Below the pieces are notes generated by a model that saw nothing but the letters and a program-made list of their open reading frames with translations, made no database searches and had not been told where the DNA came from. A stretch of DNA of 64,000 bases from an uncultured Gammaproteobacteria bacterium. Lineage in GTDB: Bacteria > Pseudomonadota > Gammaproteobacteria > Ga0077536. Positions 17,953 through 29,449 of this stretch are shown one piece after another. How positions within the stretch are numbered: the first letter of the stretch is position 1; every line of letters begins with the position of its first letter. The translations under genes were made by a program, and so were the position numbers. The stretch is from positions 15,107 to 79,106 of the forward strand of contig CAXBJY010000004.1 in the NCBI GenBank assembly GCA_963976285.1. Reading direction: 5' to 3'.

Positions 17953-19338
17953 CTAACCGAGCGCCTTGAACACGGCATCGAGGCTGTCTTTCGCGTCGCC
18001 GAACAGCATCTGCGTGTTCTCGCGGAAAAACAGCGGATTGTCGACCCCGGCGTAGCCTGTGGCCATGCTGCGCTTCAGGACAATTGCCGTTTTTGCCTTC
18101 CAGACTTCCAGCACCGGCATGCCGGCGATCGGGCTGTTCGGCTCTTCCTGCGCGGACGGGTTCACGATGTCGTTCGCGCCGATCACGATGGCGACGTCCG
18201 TGCTCGGGAAATCGTCGTTGATCTCGTCCATTTCCATGACGATGTCGTAAGGCACGCGCGCTTCGGCGAGCAGCACGTTCATGTGACCGGGCATGCGTCC
18301 GGCCACCGGGTGGATCGCAAACTCCACTTTCTTGCCTTTCGCGCGCAATACGTTCGTCAGTTCCGAGACGATGTTCTGCGCATGCGCGACGGCCATGCCG
18401 TAGCCCGGCACGATAATGATGCTGTCGGCATCGCGCAGCAGCTCGGCGGTTTCCTCGGCCGAGATCGGCACGGCTTCGCCTTCGAACGTCGTCACGGCCC
18501 CGCCGCCCGTGCCGAAGCCGCCGGCGATGACACTGACGAAGTTCCGGTTCATCGCCCGACACATGATGTAGCTCAGGATCGCGCCGCTCGACCCGACGAG
18601 CGCGCCGGTTACGATCAGGAGATCATTCGACAGCATGAAGCCGGTCGCGGCCGCGGCCCAGCCGGAATAGCTGTTCAGCATCGATACGACCACGGGCATA
18701 TCCGCGCCGCCGATGGCCATGACCATGTGCACACCGAACGCAAACGCGATCAGGGTCATGATAATCAGTGCCCATACGGCGGCACCCGACGACGGATTGC
18801 CGACAAATTTCGCGCCGAGCCAGAAACACGCGATCGCGATACCGAGGTTCAGCAAGTGGCGCGCCGGCAGCAATACGGGTTTGCCGTCGATCAGACCGCG
18901 CAACTTGCCGAACGCGATGACGGAACCGGTGAACGTGACCGCGCCAATCAGGATCCCGAGATAAATCTCGACTTCATGAATTGTTCGCTCCACGCCGTGG
19001 AACTCGTGGCTGTGATCGAGAAACGTGGCGTAGCCGATGAGCACGGCCGCGAGCCCGACGAAGCTGTGCAGGATGGCGACGAGTTCGGGCATCTCCGTCA
19101 TCTGCACGCGCGACGCGACGATCGTGCCGGCGGCGCCGCCGGCGAGCATCATGATGAACAGGACGATGTAGGAGCTGACCTGGTTCGACCAAATCGTCGC
19201 GATGATGGCGATCGCCATGCCGGCGATACCGTAGAGATTGCCGCGCCGCGAGGTTTCCTGATTGCTGAGCCCGCCAAGACTCAGAATGAACAGGATCGTG
19301 GCGGCGATATAAGCAGCGGTAAGAGTTCCTGAAGCCAT
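17953..19338 (-). CDS. pntB: NAD(P) transhydrogenase subunit beta
   Basis: 461 aa. N-terminal multi-TM domain followed by the C-terminal NADP(H)-binding domain ([10 protein letters not shown]). Confidence 0.95.
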   Translation of the reverse strand: MASGTLTAAYIAATILFILSLGGLSNQETSRRGNLYGIAGMAIAIIATIWSNQVSSYIVLFIMMLAGGAAGTIVASRVQMTEMPELVAILHSFVGLAAVLIGYATFLDHSHEFHGVERTIHEVEIYLGILIGAVTFTGSVIAFGKLRGLIDGKPVLLPARHLLNLGIAIACFWLGAKFVGNPSSGAAVWALIIMTLIAFAFGVHMVMAIGGADMPVVVSMLNSYSGWAAAATGFMLSNDLLIVTGALVGSSGAILSYIMCRAMNRNFVSVIAGGFGTGGGAVTTFEGEAVPISAEETAELLRDADSIIIVPGYGMAVAHAQNIVSELTNVLRAKGKKVEFAIHPVAGRMPGHMNVLLAEARVPYDIVMEMDEINDDFPSTDVAIVIGANDIVNPSAQEEPNSPIAGMPVLEVWKAKTAIVLKRSMATGYAGVDNPLFFRENTQMLFGDAKDSLDAVFKALG

Positions 19339-19347
19339 GCTGATGCC

Positions 19348-20901
19348 TTATTTCTGAAACATGCGCAGCATGCGCTGCGTAACGAGAAAACCGCCGGCGA
19401 TGTTCACCGAGGCAATGAGGATCGCGATCCCTGCGAGCGTGGTGATCAAAAACGAATCCGTCGAGATCTGCAGCAATGCGCCGAGCACGATGATGCCGCT
19501 GATCGCGTTCGTGACGCTCATCAACGGTGTGTGCAGGGCCGGGGTGACGTTCCAGATCACCTGGTAGCCGACGAAGCACGCAAGTACGAACACGGTGAAA
19601 TGAGACATGAATTGCGCCGGCGCGACCCCGCCCAGCGCCCACAGCGCGAGGCCGCCGACGATGAGAAACGCGAGCGATCCAAAGCCCTTGCCGCGGGCCT
19701 CGCTCGCCTCGGGTGCGGGCGCGGGCGCCGCCGCGGGTTTCGGCGGCGCGACCGACAGCTTCGGCGCTGGCGGTGGCCACGTGATCTCGCCGGCCTTGAT
19801 CACCGTCGTGCCGCGGATCACCTCGTCGTCCATGTTCACGTCGATGATCCCGTTCTTCTCCGGGGTCAGTTCCGTGAGCAGATGACGCAGGTTCGTTCCG
19901 TACAGCTGGCTCGACTGCGCCGCCAGCCGGCTCGGCAGATCGGCGTAGCCAATGATCCTGACTCCGTGGCGGGTCACGATTTCACCCGGTTCGGTCAGTT
20001 CACAGTTGCCGCCCTGTTCCGCGGCCATATCGACGATAACGCTGCCGTCACGCATGATTTCGACCATGTCGGCGAGGATCAGCTTCGGTGCCGGCTTGCC
20101 CGGGATCAGCGCGGTCGTAATGATGATGTCGACTTCGGCCGCCTGCTCGCGAAACAGCGCCATCTCCGCTTCGATGAACGCCGGGCTCATTTCCTTCGCA
20201 TAGCCGCCGGTACCGCTGCCTTCTTCCTCGAAATCGAGTTCGAGGAATTCCGCGCCCATGCTCTCGACCTGCTCTTTCACTTCGGGGCGGGTATCGAATG
20301 CGCGCACGATAGCGCCGAGACTCATCGCGGTACCGATCGCGGCGAGGCCCGCGACCCCGGCGCCGATCACCATGACTTTCGCCGGCGGTACTTTGCCGGC
20401 GGCGGTAATCTGGCCGGTAAAGAAGCGGCCGAAATTGTTCGCCGCCTCGATTACCGCACGGTAGCCGCCGATGTTCGCCATCGAACTGAGCGCGTCGAGT
20501 TTCTGCGCGCGTGAAATTCTCGGCACGCTGTCCATCGCCAGCACGGTGATGTTTTTCGCCGCGAGCCGATCCATGAGTTCCGCGTTCTGCGCCGGCCAGA
20601 TGAACGAAATGAGGGTTTGACCTTCGTGCAGCAGATCCGCTTCGTCCCGGTTCAACTGCGGATGAAGCTCCGGTGCGCGTACCTTCATCACGATATCGGC
20701 GTCGCGCCACAGGGATTCGCTGTCGGGCACGATCGTTGCGCCGGCCGCCTCGAAGCTTTTGTCGGAGAAACTCGCGGCGTCGCCCGCCTGTGTTTCGACG
20801 CTGATCTGAAAACCGAGTGCAATGAGTTTCTCGACGACTTCCGGGGTGGTCGCAACCCGGCGTTCGTTCAGATGCACCTCACGGGGTACTGCAATTCTCA
20901 T
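19348..20901 (-). CDS. pntA: NAD(P) transhydrogenase subunit alpha
   Basis: 517 aa. Rossmann dI domain ([15 protein letters not shown]) plus C-terminal TM helices. Lies directly upstream of pntB. Confidence 0.95.
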   Translation of the reverse strand: MRIAVPREVHLNERRVATTPEVVEKLIALGFQISVETQAGDAASFSDKSFEAAGATIVPDSESLWRDADIVMKVRAPELHPQLNRDEADLLHEGQTLISFIWPAQNAELMDRLAAKNITVLAMDSVPRISRAQKLDALSSMANIGGYRAVIEAANNFGRFFTGQITAAGKVPPAKVMVIGAGVAGLAAIGTAMSLGAIVRAFDTRPEVKEQVESMGAEFLELDFEEEGSGTGGYAKEMSPAFIEAEMALFREQAAEVDIIITTALIPGKPAPKLILADMVEIMRDGSVIVDMAAEQGGNCELTEPGEIVTRHGVRIIGYADLPSRLAAQSSQLYGTNLRHLLTELTPEKNGIIDVNMDDEVIRGTTVIKAGEITWPPPAPKLSVAPPKPAAAPAPAPEASEARGKGFGSLAFLIVGGLALWALGGVAPAQFMSHFTVFVLACFVGYQVIWNVTPALHTPLMSVTNAISGIIVLGALLQISTDSFLITTLAGIAILIASVNIAGGFLVTQRMLRMFQK

Positions 20902-21175
20902 GTCATAACTCCTGGTCCGCTCGCTGGGCGGCGCACCCGGGCCGGTTTCCGGCGCGGGTCTGACGTAGTCGGATTAGTTGGCTTTCCGGCCGCACGATGC
21001 GCAGCGCGCGATTGTTCGGGTCGCGTCGCCGCGCGCCGGCTTCTGGCGTCCGGCGCGGGGCGCGAAAAGTATTCGCCCGGCAGCCCGACGGAGATCCTCC
21101 ACGAGCCGCGATTAGAGCGCGTTAGTGTAGCGAAAGCGCCGGGTGAAGTCAGGTTTCCGGTCGCGCCGCCGGGGC

Positions 21176-21850
21176 TCACGGAGTGAACGCTTCGCCGTCG
21201 AATCTGTCGATCGTGGTGAACGATTCGACGGGGTCGCGCTTCAGCTTCGTCAGCTGCTTTACGGGCTTGCCAAGCGGCAGCATGGCGGCGACCGCGTAGT
21301 GCGACGGCAGCCCGAGGATCGCCTGGGCTTGCGGCTCATCATGCGCGAGAAACGTCGTGAGCACGCCGCCGAAACCCTCGTTACGCGCAGCAAGCAGAAT
21401 GTTCCAGGCGAACGGGTAAATCGACGCCCCCGGAACCACGCCGATCCGCTCGAGCGATTGATCGAACGCGGTGACGACGGTCAGGTCCAGCGCGACCACG
21501 AGCACCACCGGCACTTTCGCATAATCGTCGAACTGTTCGAGCAGGGGATAACCGAGCCCGGTCGTTGCCGCCGCGGCCGGGTCGACCTTGCTCGGGACGA
21601 TCGGATTGAACGGCGTTTCACCCGCTCCGGCCTGGGCGCGATAGTAGCGGAATACGGGGATACACAGGTCCGCGAGCTGGCGGCGAATGTCGCGGTCCCG
21701 GATCACCATGACGCGCCAGCCCTGGCGGTTGCCGCCGCTCGGCGCGAAGCGCGCGTGGTCGAGGATGCGGTAGAGCGTTGCGTCGGGGATCGGTTCGTCG
21801 GTGAATGCGCGCGCGGAAAACGTCGTGCGCATGACGTCGGTCAATTCCAT
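21176..21850 (-). CDS. nitroreductase family protein
   Basis: MELTDVMRTTFSARAF..PSGGNRQGWR is the classic NfsB/FRase-fold N-terminus. Confidence 0.75.
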   Translation of the reverse strand: MELTDVMRTTFSARAFTDEPIPDATLYRILDHARFAPSGGNRQGWRVMVIRDRDIRRQLADLCIPVFRYYRAQAGAGETPFNPIVPSKVDPAAAATTGLGYPLLEQFDDYAKVPVVLVVALDLTVVTAFDQSLERIGVVPGASIYPFAWNILLAARNEGFGGVLTTFLAHDEPQAQAILGLPSHYAVAAMLPLGKPVKQLTKLKRDPVESFTTIDRFDGEAFTP

Positions 21851-22069
21851 CGTGGGGCTCCTTCGTACTCGTTTGCGGTCGCTCGTGGCCCCGTGATCGG
21901 GGCGCTGTGCGCATGCGCGGGCCCGCAATGAACGCCGGTGGCGGCGGCCCCGCACGGGTGAATCGCGCTTGAGCCAGTGTAGCAAACGTTGGCGCAAGGC
22001 GGTCGCCGGTCGGCGTCCCCGGTGCTTCCGTGCAACAATAGACTGCCACCTGATTCGGAGTCCGGATCC

Positions 22070-23404
22070 GTGACCGAAACGTATCGCCTGCCGCCGACCC
22101 CGCGCCGCTTTTACCAGTGGCGCCGGTTCAATCGTTCGCCGCCGCAGTTCATGCACGAACTGCTGCAGCAATACGGTGATGTCGCGCGCTGGCGCGGCAC
22201 ATTCGATGTCTACCTCGTGAATCATCCCGACTACGCGCGGCGCGTGTTGTCGCAGTCCTACGAGCACTTTTCGAAACACGTGATCGACTACCGCGTGCTC
22301 GCGCAGATCATGGGCAAGGGCCTCGTGACGAACGATGGCCCCGACTGGGTGAAACAACGCAAACTGATGCAGCCGATGTTCGCGAACCGGGTCGTGAACC
22401 GCTTCGATCAGCCGATCAACCGTCTCACCGGCGCGATGCTCGCCGAATGGGATGCCGCCGGTTCAAATCCGGTGTGGGTGGATCGCGACATGGGCCGCCT
22501 CGCATTCCGCATCGTTGGCGCGACCCTGTTCGGCAGTGACATCGACGCGCACGCGGAGGAAGTCGCGGACATCCTCGAGGTCGTCAACCTGCAGACCCAG
22601 GAAATCCGCGCATTGATGACCCTGTTCCCGTGGATCCCCACGCCGTACAACCTGCGCTGGAAAAAGGCCCGCCGTCGCCTCGACGAGATCGTCTACGGCA
22701 TGATCGCGGCGCGCCGACGCGACGGGGCGGGCGACAACGACATCCTCGACCGTCTGCTCGCGGCGCGCGACGACGACACCGGCGCCGGCATGGACGAAGT
22801 GCAGATGCGCGACGAGGTCGTGACCCTGATGCTCGCCGGCCATGAGACGTCCGCGACCGCGCTCGGCTGGACGCTGTACCTGCTGGCCACGCATCCCGAC
22901 ATCGCCGCACGCCTCGCGGACGAACTCGACGCCGTGCTGCACGGCGCACCGGCCACGAGCGGTGACCTCGCGGCGATTCCTTACCTGAAACAGGTCGTTC
23001 AGGAGTCGATGCGGATTTATCCGCCGGTGTGGGCGATCGCGCGCCGTTCCCACGACGACGAGCGTTTCGGCGACTACGATGTACCGGCCGGCTCCTACGT
23101 CGGCGTAGTGCCGTATGCGCTGCACCGACACCCGGAGTTCTGGCCGGACCCGGAGCGTTTCGACCCCGATCGTTTCGCGCCGAAGCGCGCCGCGAGCCGT
23201 CATTCGTACTGCTACCTGCCGTTCGCGGCGGGCCCGCGCGCGTGCATCGGTCTCGGTATGGCGATGCTCGAAATCCAGCTCGTGCTCGCGCAGGTCGTGC
23301 AGCGTTATAACGTGCGGCCACTGCCGGGTCACCCGATCGAGACGCTGCCGAAAGTGACCCTGAAACAGCGCTTTGGCATGCCATTGCTGTTGAGTCGCCG
23401 CTAG
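22070..23404 (+). CDS. cytochrome P450
   Basis: Heme-binding loop FAAGPRACIG, the AGHETS I-helix, and the ESMR K-helix. GTG start inferred. Confidence 0.9.
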   Translation: MTETYRLPPTPRRFYQWRRFNRSPPQFMHELLQQYGDVARWRGTFDVYLVNHPDYARRVLSQSYEHFSKHVIDYRVLAQIMGKGLVTNDGPDWVKQRKLMQPMFANRVVNRFDQPINRLTGAMLAEWDAAGSNPVWVDRDMGRLAFRIVGATLFGSDIDAHAEEVADILEVVNLQTQEIRALMTLFPWIPTPYNLRWKKARRRLDEIVYGMIAARRRDGAGDNDILDRLLAARDDDTGAGMDEVQMRDEVVTLMLAGHETSATALGWTLYLLATHPDIAARLADELDAVLHGAPATSGDLAAIPYLKQVVQESMRIYPPVWAIARRSHDDERFGDYDVPAGSYVGVVPYALHRHPEFWPDPERFDPDRFAPKRAASRHSYCYLPFAAGPRACIGLGMAMLEIQLVLAQVVQRYNVRPLPGHPIETLPKVTLKQRFGMPLLLSRR

Positions 23405-23488
23405 CCTCGCAACCTGCCGGCGAACTTCCGCGCGCGCACGCGTTCGAATAACCGTCGTCATGCGGCGACGCGGCACAGGGAGCAGCGA

Positions 23489-23974
23489 ATGAAACGTTCG
23501 AGGATGCGGGCGGGCGCGATGCTGGCGACGTTCGGCGTGTTGCTCGTGCTCACTTGCGACACGCTTGCGAACAGCGCGCGTCCGCTCATCGTCAATGAAA
23601 TACTCGAACCCGTCAGCGGCGCGAGTTCGACGATCGAGCTGTATATGTCGCGCCTCGGTACGTATTACGCCGAGCTTTACCTCGAACGCGATGGCGTAGC
23701 CGCTGCGCCCCCGGTGGCGGTCAGTACGGGTGTGAAATTCACGTTTCTGCGCGGCGAGGAAGTCCTGCTCGAGCGTGATGTCGTGGCCGCGTTCGACCCG
23801 GGACAGCCGGCGACGACGCTGCTGTTGCTCGACATTCCGCGTGATTTGCCCCAGCGCAAGACGCTCGCCATGGTCGTGACCGTGCACGATGTCGACCCGG
23901 TGCTCGGGGAGACGGCCGCGAACCTGCGCCTGCAGCTGACCCGCAAAGTGCAGTTGTCGCCGTTGCGGCGGTAA
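23489..23974 (+). CDS. hypothetical secreted protein
   Basis: Signal peptide (MKRSRMRAGAMLATFGVLLVLTC). Lies downstream of the P450 gene. Confidence 0.5.
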   Translation: MKRSRMRAGAMLATFGVLLVLTCDTLANSARPLIVNEILEPVSGASSTIELYMSRLGTYYAELYLERDGVAAAPPVAVSTGVKFTFLRGEEVLLERDVVAAFDPGQPATTLLLLDIPRDLPQRKTLAMVVTVHDVDPVLGETAANLRLQLTRKVQLSPLRR

Positions 23975-23995
23975 TCTCCCCGACCCGCCTCGCGT

Positions 23996-24769
23996 TCACA
24001 CGAGTTTCGGGTTGCCCCCGGAACCGCCGTCCACCGTGATCACCGAACCGGTGGCATACGACGACGCGTCACTCGCGAGATACAACGCGGCGCCGGCGAT
24101 TTCTTCCGGTGCGCCGCCGCGTTTCAGCGGGATCGCTTCGTCGGCGATTTGCTGAAAGCGTTGCATGTCCCAGGCTTTTGAGATGTCGGTAAGAAACGGC
24201 CCGGCCATGATCGCGTTCACGCGTACCTTCGGTGCATAAGCGTGCGCAAACGAACGCGTAATCGCGTTCAAACCGGCTTTCGCCGCACCGTACGGCTCGG
24301 ACCCCGGGCTCGGGGTGACCGCGGCGGTACTCGAAATATTGATGATACTGCCGCCGTCACCGGCCGCCATGCGCTTGCCGACGAGCGCGCTGAGCCGGAA
24401 CGGCCCTTTCAGGTTCACGCCGATCACCTTGTCGAACAATTCCTCGGAGATCGCATCGAGCGATTCGTACAGCGGCGACATACCGGCGTTGTTCACAAGT
24501 ATATCGAGGCGTCCGAAGTGCCCGTACGTCGCCTCGACGAGCGGTTCGAGTGCGTCCCATTTACCGACATGACACGCATACGGTAACGCCCGCCGCCCGA
24601 GCGCCTCGACTTCCTTCGCCGTGCTCTCGCATTGTTCGAGTTTGCGGCTGGCGATGACGACGTCCGCGCCGTGGGCGGCGAACGTGAGCGCCATCTGGCG
24701 CCCGAGTCCGCGGCTGCCGCCGGTGATCAGCGCAACCCGCCCGCTGAGGTCGAAGCTGGGTTCAGGCAT
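23996..24769 (-). CDS. SDR family oxidoreductase
   Basis: TGGSRGLG glycine-rich loop, NNAG, and the YxxxK catalytic pair (YGAAK). Confidence 0.85.
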   Translation of the reverse strand: MPEPSFDLSGRVALITGGSRGLGRQMALTFAAHGADVVIASRKLEQCESTAKEVEALGRRALPYACHVGKWDALEPLVEATYGHFGRLDILVNNAGMSPLYESLDAISEELFDKVIGVNLKGPFRLSALVGKRMAAGDGGSIINISSTAAVTPSPGSEPYGAAKAGLNAITRSFAHAYAPKVRVNAIMAGPFLTDISKAWDMQRFQQIADEAIPLKRGGAPEEIAGAALYLASDASSYATGSVITVDGGSGGNPKLV

Positions 24770-25116
24770 CAGCTCTTGCCGCTCCAGGCTTCATAGCCGC
24801 CGGCCAGTGACTTTACGTTCGTATAGCCGAGTTCCTGCAGGGTCTGTGCCGCGAGCGCGGAACGCCCGCCGGTTTTGCAGTAGACGATGAACGGGGCGGA
24901 CTTGTCCTTCAGTTCGTCTTCCGATTCCGCTTTCCATTCGAGTACGCCGCGCGGTACGCACACGGCGCCTTCGATCGTGCCGTCCTTCCATTCCGGCGGT
25001 TCGCGCACATCGACGAACCGGGCCGCGCCCGGCGGCAGTTTTTTCGCCTCATCGAGACTGATTTCCGTGATGACGGCTTTCGCCGCGCCGACGAGATCGG
25101 CAGCTGTTTTTGCCAT
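24769..25116 (-). CDS. rhodanese-like domain protein
   Basis: ggagg SD then MAKTAADL. Active-site Cys in the CKTGGRS loop. Overlaps the SDR gene start region by 1 nt. Confidence 0.75.
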   Translation of the reverse strand: MAKTAADLVGAAKAVITEISLDEAKKLPPGAARFVDVREPPEWKDGTIEGAVCVPRGVLEWKAESEDELKDKSAPFIVYCKTGGRSALAAQTLQELGYTNVKSLAGGYEAWSGKS

Positions 25117-25193
25117 GCCAGTTCCTCCGGTTTTGCTGTCGAGCTTAGCGAGCCAGCAGGCACAATGCCAGTGTTCCCGGAGCGTCCGCGGAC

Positions 25194-26771
25194 TCAGTGC
25201 ACGCGCACGAGCATCGCCGCGACCGCGGGCGCCGGTGGCACGTCGCGGTAACGGACCTCGGCGACGACGGAGAATCGACCCGCGAGCCGCGCACGCGGAT
25301 AAAAATGCGCCGGAAAGCCGAACGCGTCGCTCGTCGAGTTTAACAACAGCGCGTAGGGACATTGCCGCAGCGATTGCTCAAACTCGCGCGCGCCGGCTGC
25401 GGGGCGCGCGGGAAACACGCCCGGCCGGCGGGTCAGCAGCATCACCGTTTGCGGATACACCGAGGTGATGCACGCGCCGGCTTCGACCCGGTTTCCCAGC
25501 GCCACGATCGCGGCGGTCATTTCGCGCACGATATCGGCTTCCGTGCGCGCGACCGCGTCGTCCGCGTGGCGGTGCCACGTTTCCGTGCGGACATCGTCGT
25601 GATACGTGCCGCCGCTGAAGCGCGCCACCGTGCCCGTGATGACGCCGCCGCTCGGCACGATCAGCGCGGCCGCGAGCACGAGCGGCACGCCCGCGATCGC
25701 CGCGCGCAGGCGTATCCCGTGAACCCCGCGCGCGAGCGCGATCGCCGCGACGAGCGCATGCAATCCGATGATCGGCATGACCACGAACAGGAAGCGGCCG
25801 GCATGCTCGCCATGCGGCCACACGAGGATCAGCGCGCCGTAGGCCGCGAGATACATCGCGTCGAAGCGCAATTCGGCAGCGCGCCTGAAGAAACCCGCGA
25901 CGGCGAAAACGAGCAACACGCCGAGCAGCACGCCGGCGACGGGGTTGCCGAGGATGTCGAGATTATCGAGGCCATGATCCCACAGGGCGCGAAGATTCGC
26001 CGGTATCTCGCCGAGTAATGCCGGTACGGTCTCGTGCAGGGGAAAGCGGATCACCGTCAGCACGTAACTGCTGTCGTAGTCACGCAGCCACTTGTTCGCA
26101 GCCCACACGAGCGTCGGCAGCAACGCGAGAAACGGCGCCGCGCGGTGCTGCCGGCCACCGGTGCGCAACCACCAATGGAGGATGAACGCGGCGATCGCGG
26201 TGATCCCGACCGTGCGGACGATGCCGGCGAGACCCAGCGCAATCGCGGCGCTGTACCACGCGGACCGGCGTGGCGGATTCGGCGCGAGCGCGACCATCGC
26301 CGTCAGCGTGAGCAGCAGGTACAACGGCTCGCTGAAGATGTCCATCGCGCTGAACAGGGTGACGGGTGTGAGCACGAACACGATCGCCGCAGCGCAGGCG
26401 AACAACAACGGTACGCGTTCACGCCACCACCACACGACGATGACCCCGGCACAGGCGCTGAGCGTGAGCGCGCCGATCGCATGCGTCCAGCGCGCGGCCT
26501 CGGCGCCGCCGCCGAGCGCGGCGAGGAACAGGGGGTACAGCGGTGGAAACGGATAGCGGCTGAACAGGAACGTCAGCCAGTCGAACGTTGCGCCGTCGGC
26601 GCGAAACGCATCGGCGAGCAGCAGATAGACCGCCGAATCCGAGAACAGGCCCGTGAAGCCGGACTTCGCCGCGACGAAACACAGCAATGACGCGGCCAGC
26701 ACACTGCACCCGGCCGCGCCCGCGAACGCCGTGCGGTCGCCGTGTGATCGCTTGTCGTCAGAAATCAGCAT
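25194..26771 (-). CDS. polytopic membrane glycosyltransferase (GT39/ArnT/PMT_2-like)
   Basis: 525 aa with more than 10 TM helices. Resembles the dolichyl-phosphate-mannose / 4-amino-arabinose transferase family. Confidence 0.55.
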   Translation of the reverse strand: MLISDDKRSHGDRTAFAGAAGCSVLAASLLCFVAAKSGFTGLFSDSAVYLLLADAFRADGATFDWLTFLFSRYPFPPLYPLFLAALGGGAEAARWTHAIGALTLSACAGVIVVWWWRERVPLLFACAAAIVFVLTPVTLFSAMDIFSEPLYLLLTLTAMVALAPNPPRRSAWYSAAIALGLAGIVRTVGITAIAAFILHWWLRTGGRQHRAAPFLALLPTLVWAANKWLRDYDSSYVLTVIRFPLHETVPALLGEIPANLRALWDHGLDNLDILGNPVAGVLLGVLLVFAVAGFFRRAAELRFDAMYLAAYGALILVWPHGEHAGRFLFVVMPIIGLHALVAAIALARGVHGIRLRAAIAGVPLVLAAALIVPSGGVITGTVARFSGGTYHDDVRTETWHRHADDAVARTEADIVREMTAAIVALGNRVEAGACITSVYPQTVMLLTRRPGVFPARPAAGAREFEQSLRQCPYALLLNSTSDAFGFPAHFYPRARLAGRFSVVAEVRYRDVPPAPAVAAMLVRVH

Positions 26772-26901
26772 GGCGGAGGATTCGTCACCGTGTTCGCGCA
26801 GGCCTCAGTGTAACAACCGGGCGGCCCGTGGTTGCCGAGCCGACGGTGGCCCAGTAGCATCGCCCGGCACACGAGTGCTGTGAAACGGGTGGGACGAACC
26901 A

Positions 26902-28428
26902 ATGACGCTGAACGAACTTCTGAACCGTGGCAACCCCGACGATGCGGCAATCGGTGCGACCGATGGTGCGGCACCGCTCACTTACGCGGCGCTCGCGGCG
27001 CTGTGCGGTGACGTTGCGGCAGGACTGAACGCGCACGGCATCGGCGCGAACGATCGCGTCGCCATCGTATTGCCGAACGGACCGGCCATGGCGACGTGCT
27101 TTTGTGCCGTTGCCGCCGCGGCCACCGCGGCGCCGCTGAACCCCGCCTACAAGGAAGCGGAATTCGAGTTTTATCTGAGCGATCTGAAAGCGAGCGCGAT
27201 GATCGTGGCGGCGGGGGTCGAGACGCCGGCGCTTGCCGCGGCGGCGCGCCTCGGCGTGCCGATCATCGAACTCGAGGAACGCGACGACGAGGCCGGCAGT
27301 TTCACGCTCGACCTGCACGCGCTCCCGGCGGCCGCGATCGACCGGCCGGCCGGTGCCGACGATGTTGCGCTCGTACTGCATACCTCGGGGACGACGTCGC
27401 GACCGAAAATCGTGCCGCTGACACAGGCCAATCTGTGCGCCTCGGCAGCGCACATCAGCGCCACGCTCGCGCTCGCGCCGGGCGATCATTGTCTCAACGT
27501 AATGCCGCTGTTCCATATTCACGGTCTTATCGCCGCCGTGCTCTCCTCGCTGCATGCCGGTGCACGTGTGTCGTGTTCACCCGGTTTCAACGCGATGCGC
27601 GTATTCAGCTGGATGTCCGCGCTCGACCCGACGTGGTACACGGCGGTGCCGACGATGCATCAGGCGATCCTCGAGCGTGCCGAACGCAACGCCGCCACGG
27701 TCGATGCCCTGCGCCTGCGCTTCATCCGTTCGTCGTCGTCGTCGCTGCCACCGCAGGTGATGGCGCAGCTCGAACAAACGTTCGGCTGTCCCGTGATCGA
27801 GGCCTACGGAATGACCGAGGCGGCCCACCAGATGACCTCGAACCAGCTCCCGCCGGGTCTGCACAAACCGGGTTCCGTCGGTGCGCCGGCCGGGCCTGAG
27901 GTGCGGCTCATGGATGCCGACGGCGCGTTCGTCGCCGCCGGCGGTGAGGGTGAAATCGTGATCCGCGGACCGAACGTCACCCGTGGTTACGAAGCAAACG
28001 AGGCGGCGAACGCGAGTGCATTCGCCGCCGATCCCGATGGCGGCGACAACTGGTTCCGCACCGGCGACCAGGGGATTTTCGATGCCGACGGTTTTCTCTC
28101 GATCAGTGGCCGGCTGAAGGAAATCATCAACCGCGGTGGCGAGAAGATCGCGCCGCGTGAAGTCGACGATGTACTCATGGACCATGAGGCGGTCGCGCAG
28201 GTCGTGACGTTCGCGGTGCCGCACGGCAAGCTCGGCGAGGACGTCGCGGCGGCGGTCGTGTTGCGCGCGGGTGCGAGCGTCGAGGAACGCGAACTGCGTG
28301 ATTTCGCCGCCACCCGGCTCGCGGCGTTCAAGGTGCCGCGCTCGATTGTGTTTCTCGATGAAATTCCGAAAGGCAGCACCGGCAAGCTGCAGCGCATCGG
28401 TCTCGCCGAAAAGCTCGGTCTCGCATGA
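26902..28428 (+). CDS. AMP-dependent acyl-CoA synthetase (oxalate-CoA ligase-like)
   Basis: LHTSGTTSRPK AMP-binding motif. The 508-aa length matches short ANL-family ligases. Confidence 0.85.
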   Translation: MTLNELLNRGNPDDAAIGATDGAAPLTYAALAALCGDVAAGLNAHGIGANDRVAIVLPNGPAMATCFCAVAAAATAAPLNPAYKEAEFEFYLSDLKASAMIVAAGVETPALAAAARLGVPIIELEERDDEAGSFTLDLHALPAAAIDRPAGADDVALVLHTSGTTSRPKIVPLTQANLCASAAHISATLALAPGDHCLNVMPLFHIHGLIAAVLSSLHAGARVSCSPGFNAMRVFSWMSALDPTWYTAVPTMHQAILERAERNAATVDALRLRFIRSSSSSLPPQVMAQLEQTFGCPVIEAYGMTEAAHQMTSNQLPPGLHKPGSVGAPAGPEVRLMDADGAFVAAGGEGEIVIRGPNVTRGYEANEAANASAFAADPDGGDNWFRTGDQGIFDADGFLSISGRLKEIINRGGEKIAPREVDDVLMDHEAVAQVVTFAVPHGKLGEDVAAAVVLRAGASVEERELRDFAATRLAAFKVPRSIVFLDEIPKGSTGKLQRIGLAEKLGLA

Positions 28429-28474
28429 GCGAACACAACCCCGCCGGACACATCGCGCCAGCCGGAGACGTACG

Positions 28475-29449
28475 GTGAAAGTGTGCATATTCGGTGCCGG
28501 CGCGATCGGCGGTTTCATCGGCGCGCGCCTCGCGCTGGCCGGCAACGAGGTCTCGCTCGTCGCCCGCGGACCCCATCTCGAGGCGATTCGCGCGCACGGT
28601 CTCACCCTGAAAAGTGGCGACGAGGAAACCACGGTGCGGGTCGCGGCGAGCGACAATGCGGCCGAACTCGGCGTGCACGAATTCGTCATCGTCGCGCTGA
28701 AAGCGCATTCCGTGCCCGCCGTCGTCGCCGACATCAAACAGCTGTGCGATGACGACACGGCCATCGTCACGGCCGTCAACGGTGTGCCGTGGTGGTATTT
28801 CCACGGCCTCGGCGGCGCCTACGAGGGACACCGGATCGCGAGCGTCGATCCGGACGGTCGCCAGTGGCGTGAACTCGGACCCGAGCGTGCGATCGCTTGT
28901 GTCGTCTATCCGGCGTGCGAAGTGCCCGCCCCCGGCGTGATCGAACATATCGACGGCGAGCGTTTCACGCTCGGCGAACCTGATGGCGCGAAGACGGAAC
29001 GCGTGCAGCGTTTGTCGGCGGCACTGCGCGAAGCGAACCTGAAAGCGCCGGTGAAAAGCCGCATTCGCGACGAGATCTGGGTGAAGCTGTGGGGCAACGT
29101 CGCGTTCAATCCGCTCAGTGCGCTGACCGGCGCGACGCTCGAAGGCCTGTGCGCGAACGACGACACGCGCGCGCTCGCACGCGCGATCATGCTTGAAGCG
29201 CAGCAGATCGGCGAAGCCCTCGGTGCGCGCTTCGCCGTTGATGTCGACCAGCGAATTGCCGGCGCCGCCGCGGTCGGCGCGCACAAGACATCGATGCTGC
29301 AGGATCTCGAACGCGGACGCGCGATGGAAATCGACGCGGTCGTCACCGCGGTGCAGGAACTCGGCGTGCTCACGGGTATCGCCACGCCAACGCTCGACAT
29401 CGTGCTCGCACTCGTCAAGGCACGCGCGCGGGAAGCCGGCTGTTACTGA
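28475..29449 (+). CDS. panE: 2-dehydropantoate 2-reductase
   Basis: GTG start. VKVCIFGAGAIGG Rossmann N-terminus and the ApbA/PanE family C-terminus. Confidence 0.75.
   Translation: MKVCIFGAGAIGGFIGARLALAGNEVSLVARGPHLEAIRAHGLTLKSGDEETTVRVAASDNAAELGVHEFVIVALKAHSVPAVVADIKQLCDDDTAIVTAVNGVPWWYFHGLGGAYEGHRIASVDPDGRQWRELGPERAIACVVYPACEVPAPGVIEHIDGERFTLGEPDGAKTERVQRLSAALREANLKAPVKSRIRDEIWVKLWGNVAFNPLSALTGATLEGLCANDDTRALARAIMLEAQQIGEALGARFAVDVDQRIAGAAAVGAHKTSMLQDLERGRAMEIDAVVTAVQELGVLTGIATPTLDIVLALVKARAREAGCY

Noticed and set aside
21851-22357. N-terminal extension of the nitroreductase ORF to 393 aa
   Set aside because: The extension overlaps the P450 start region and promoter and has no homology to anything. 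The nitroreductase fold begins at MELTDVMRTTF.
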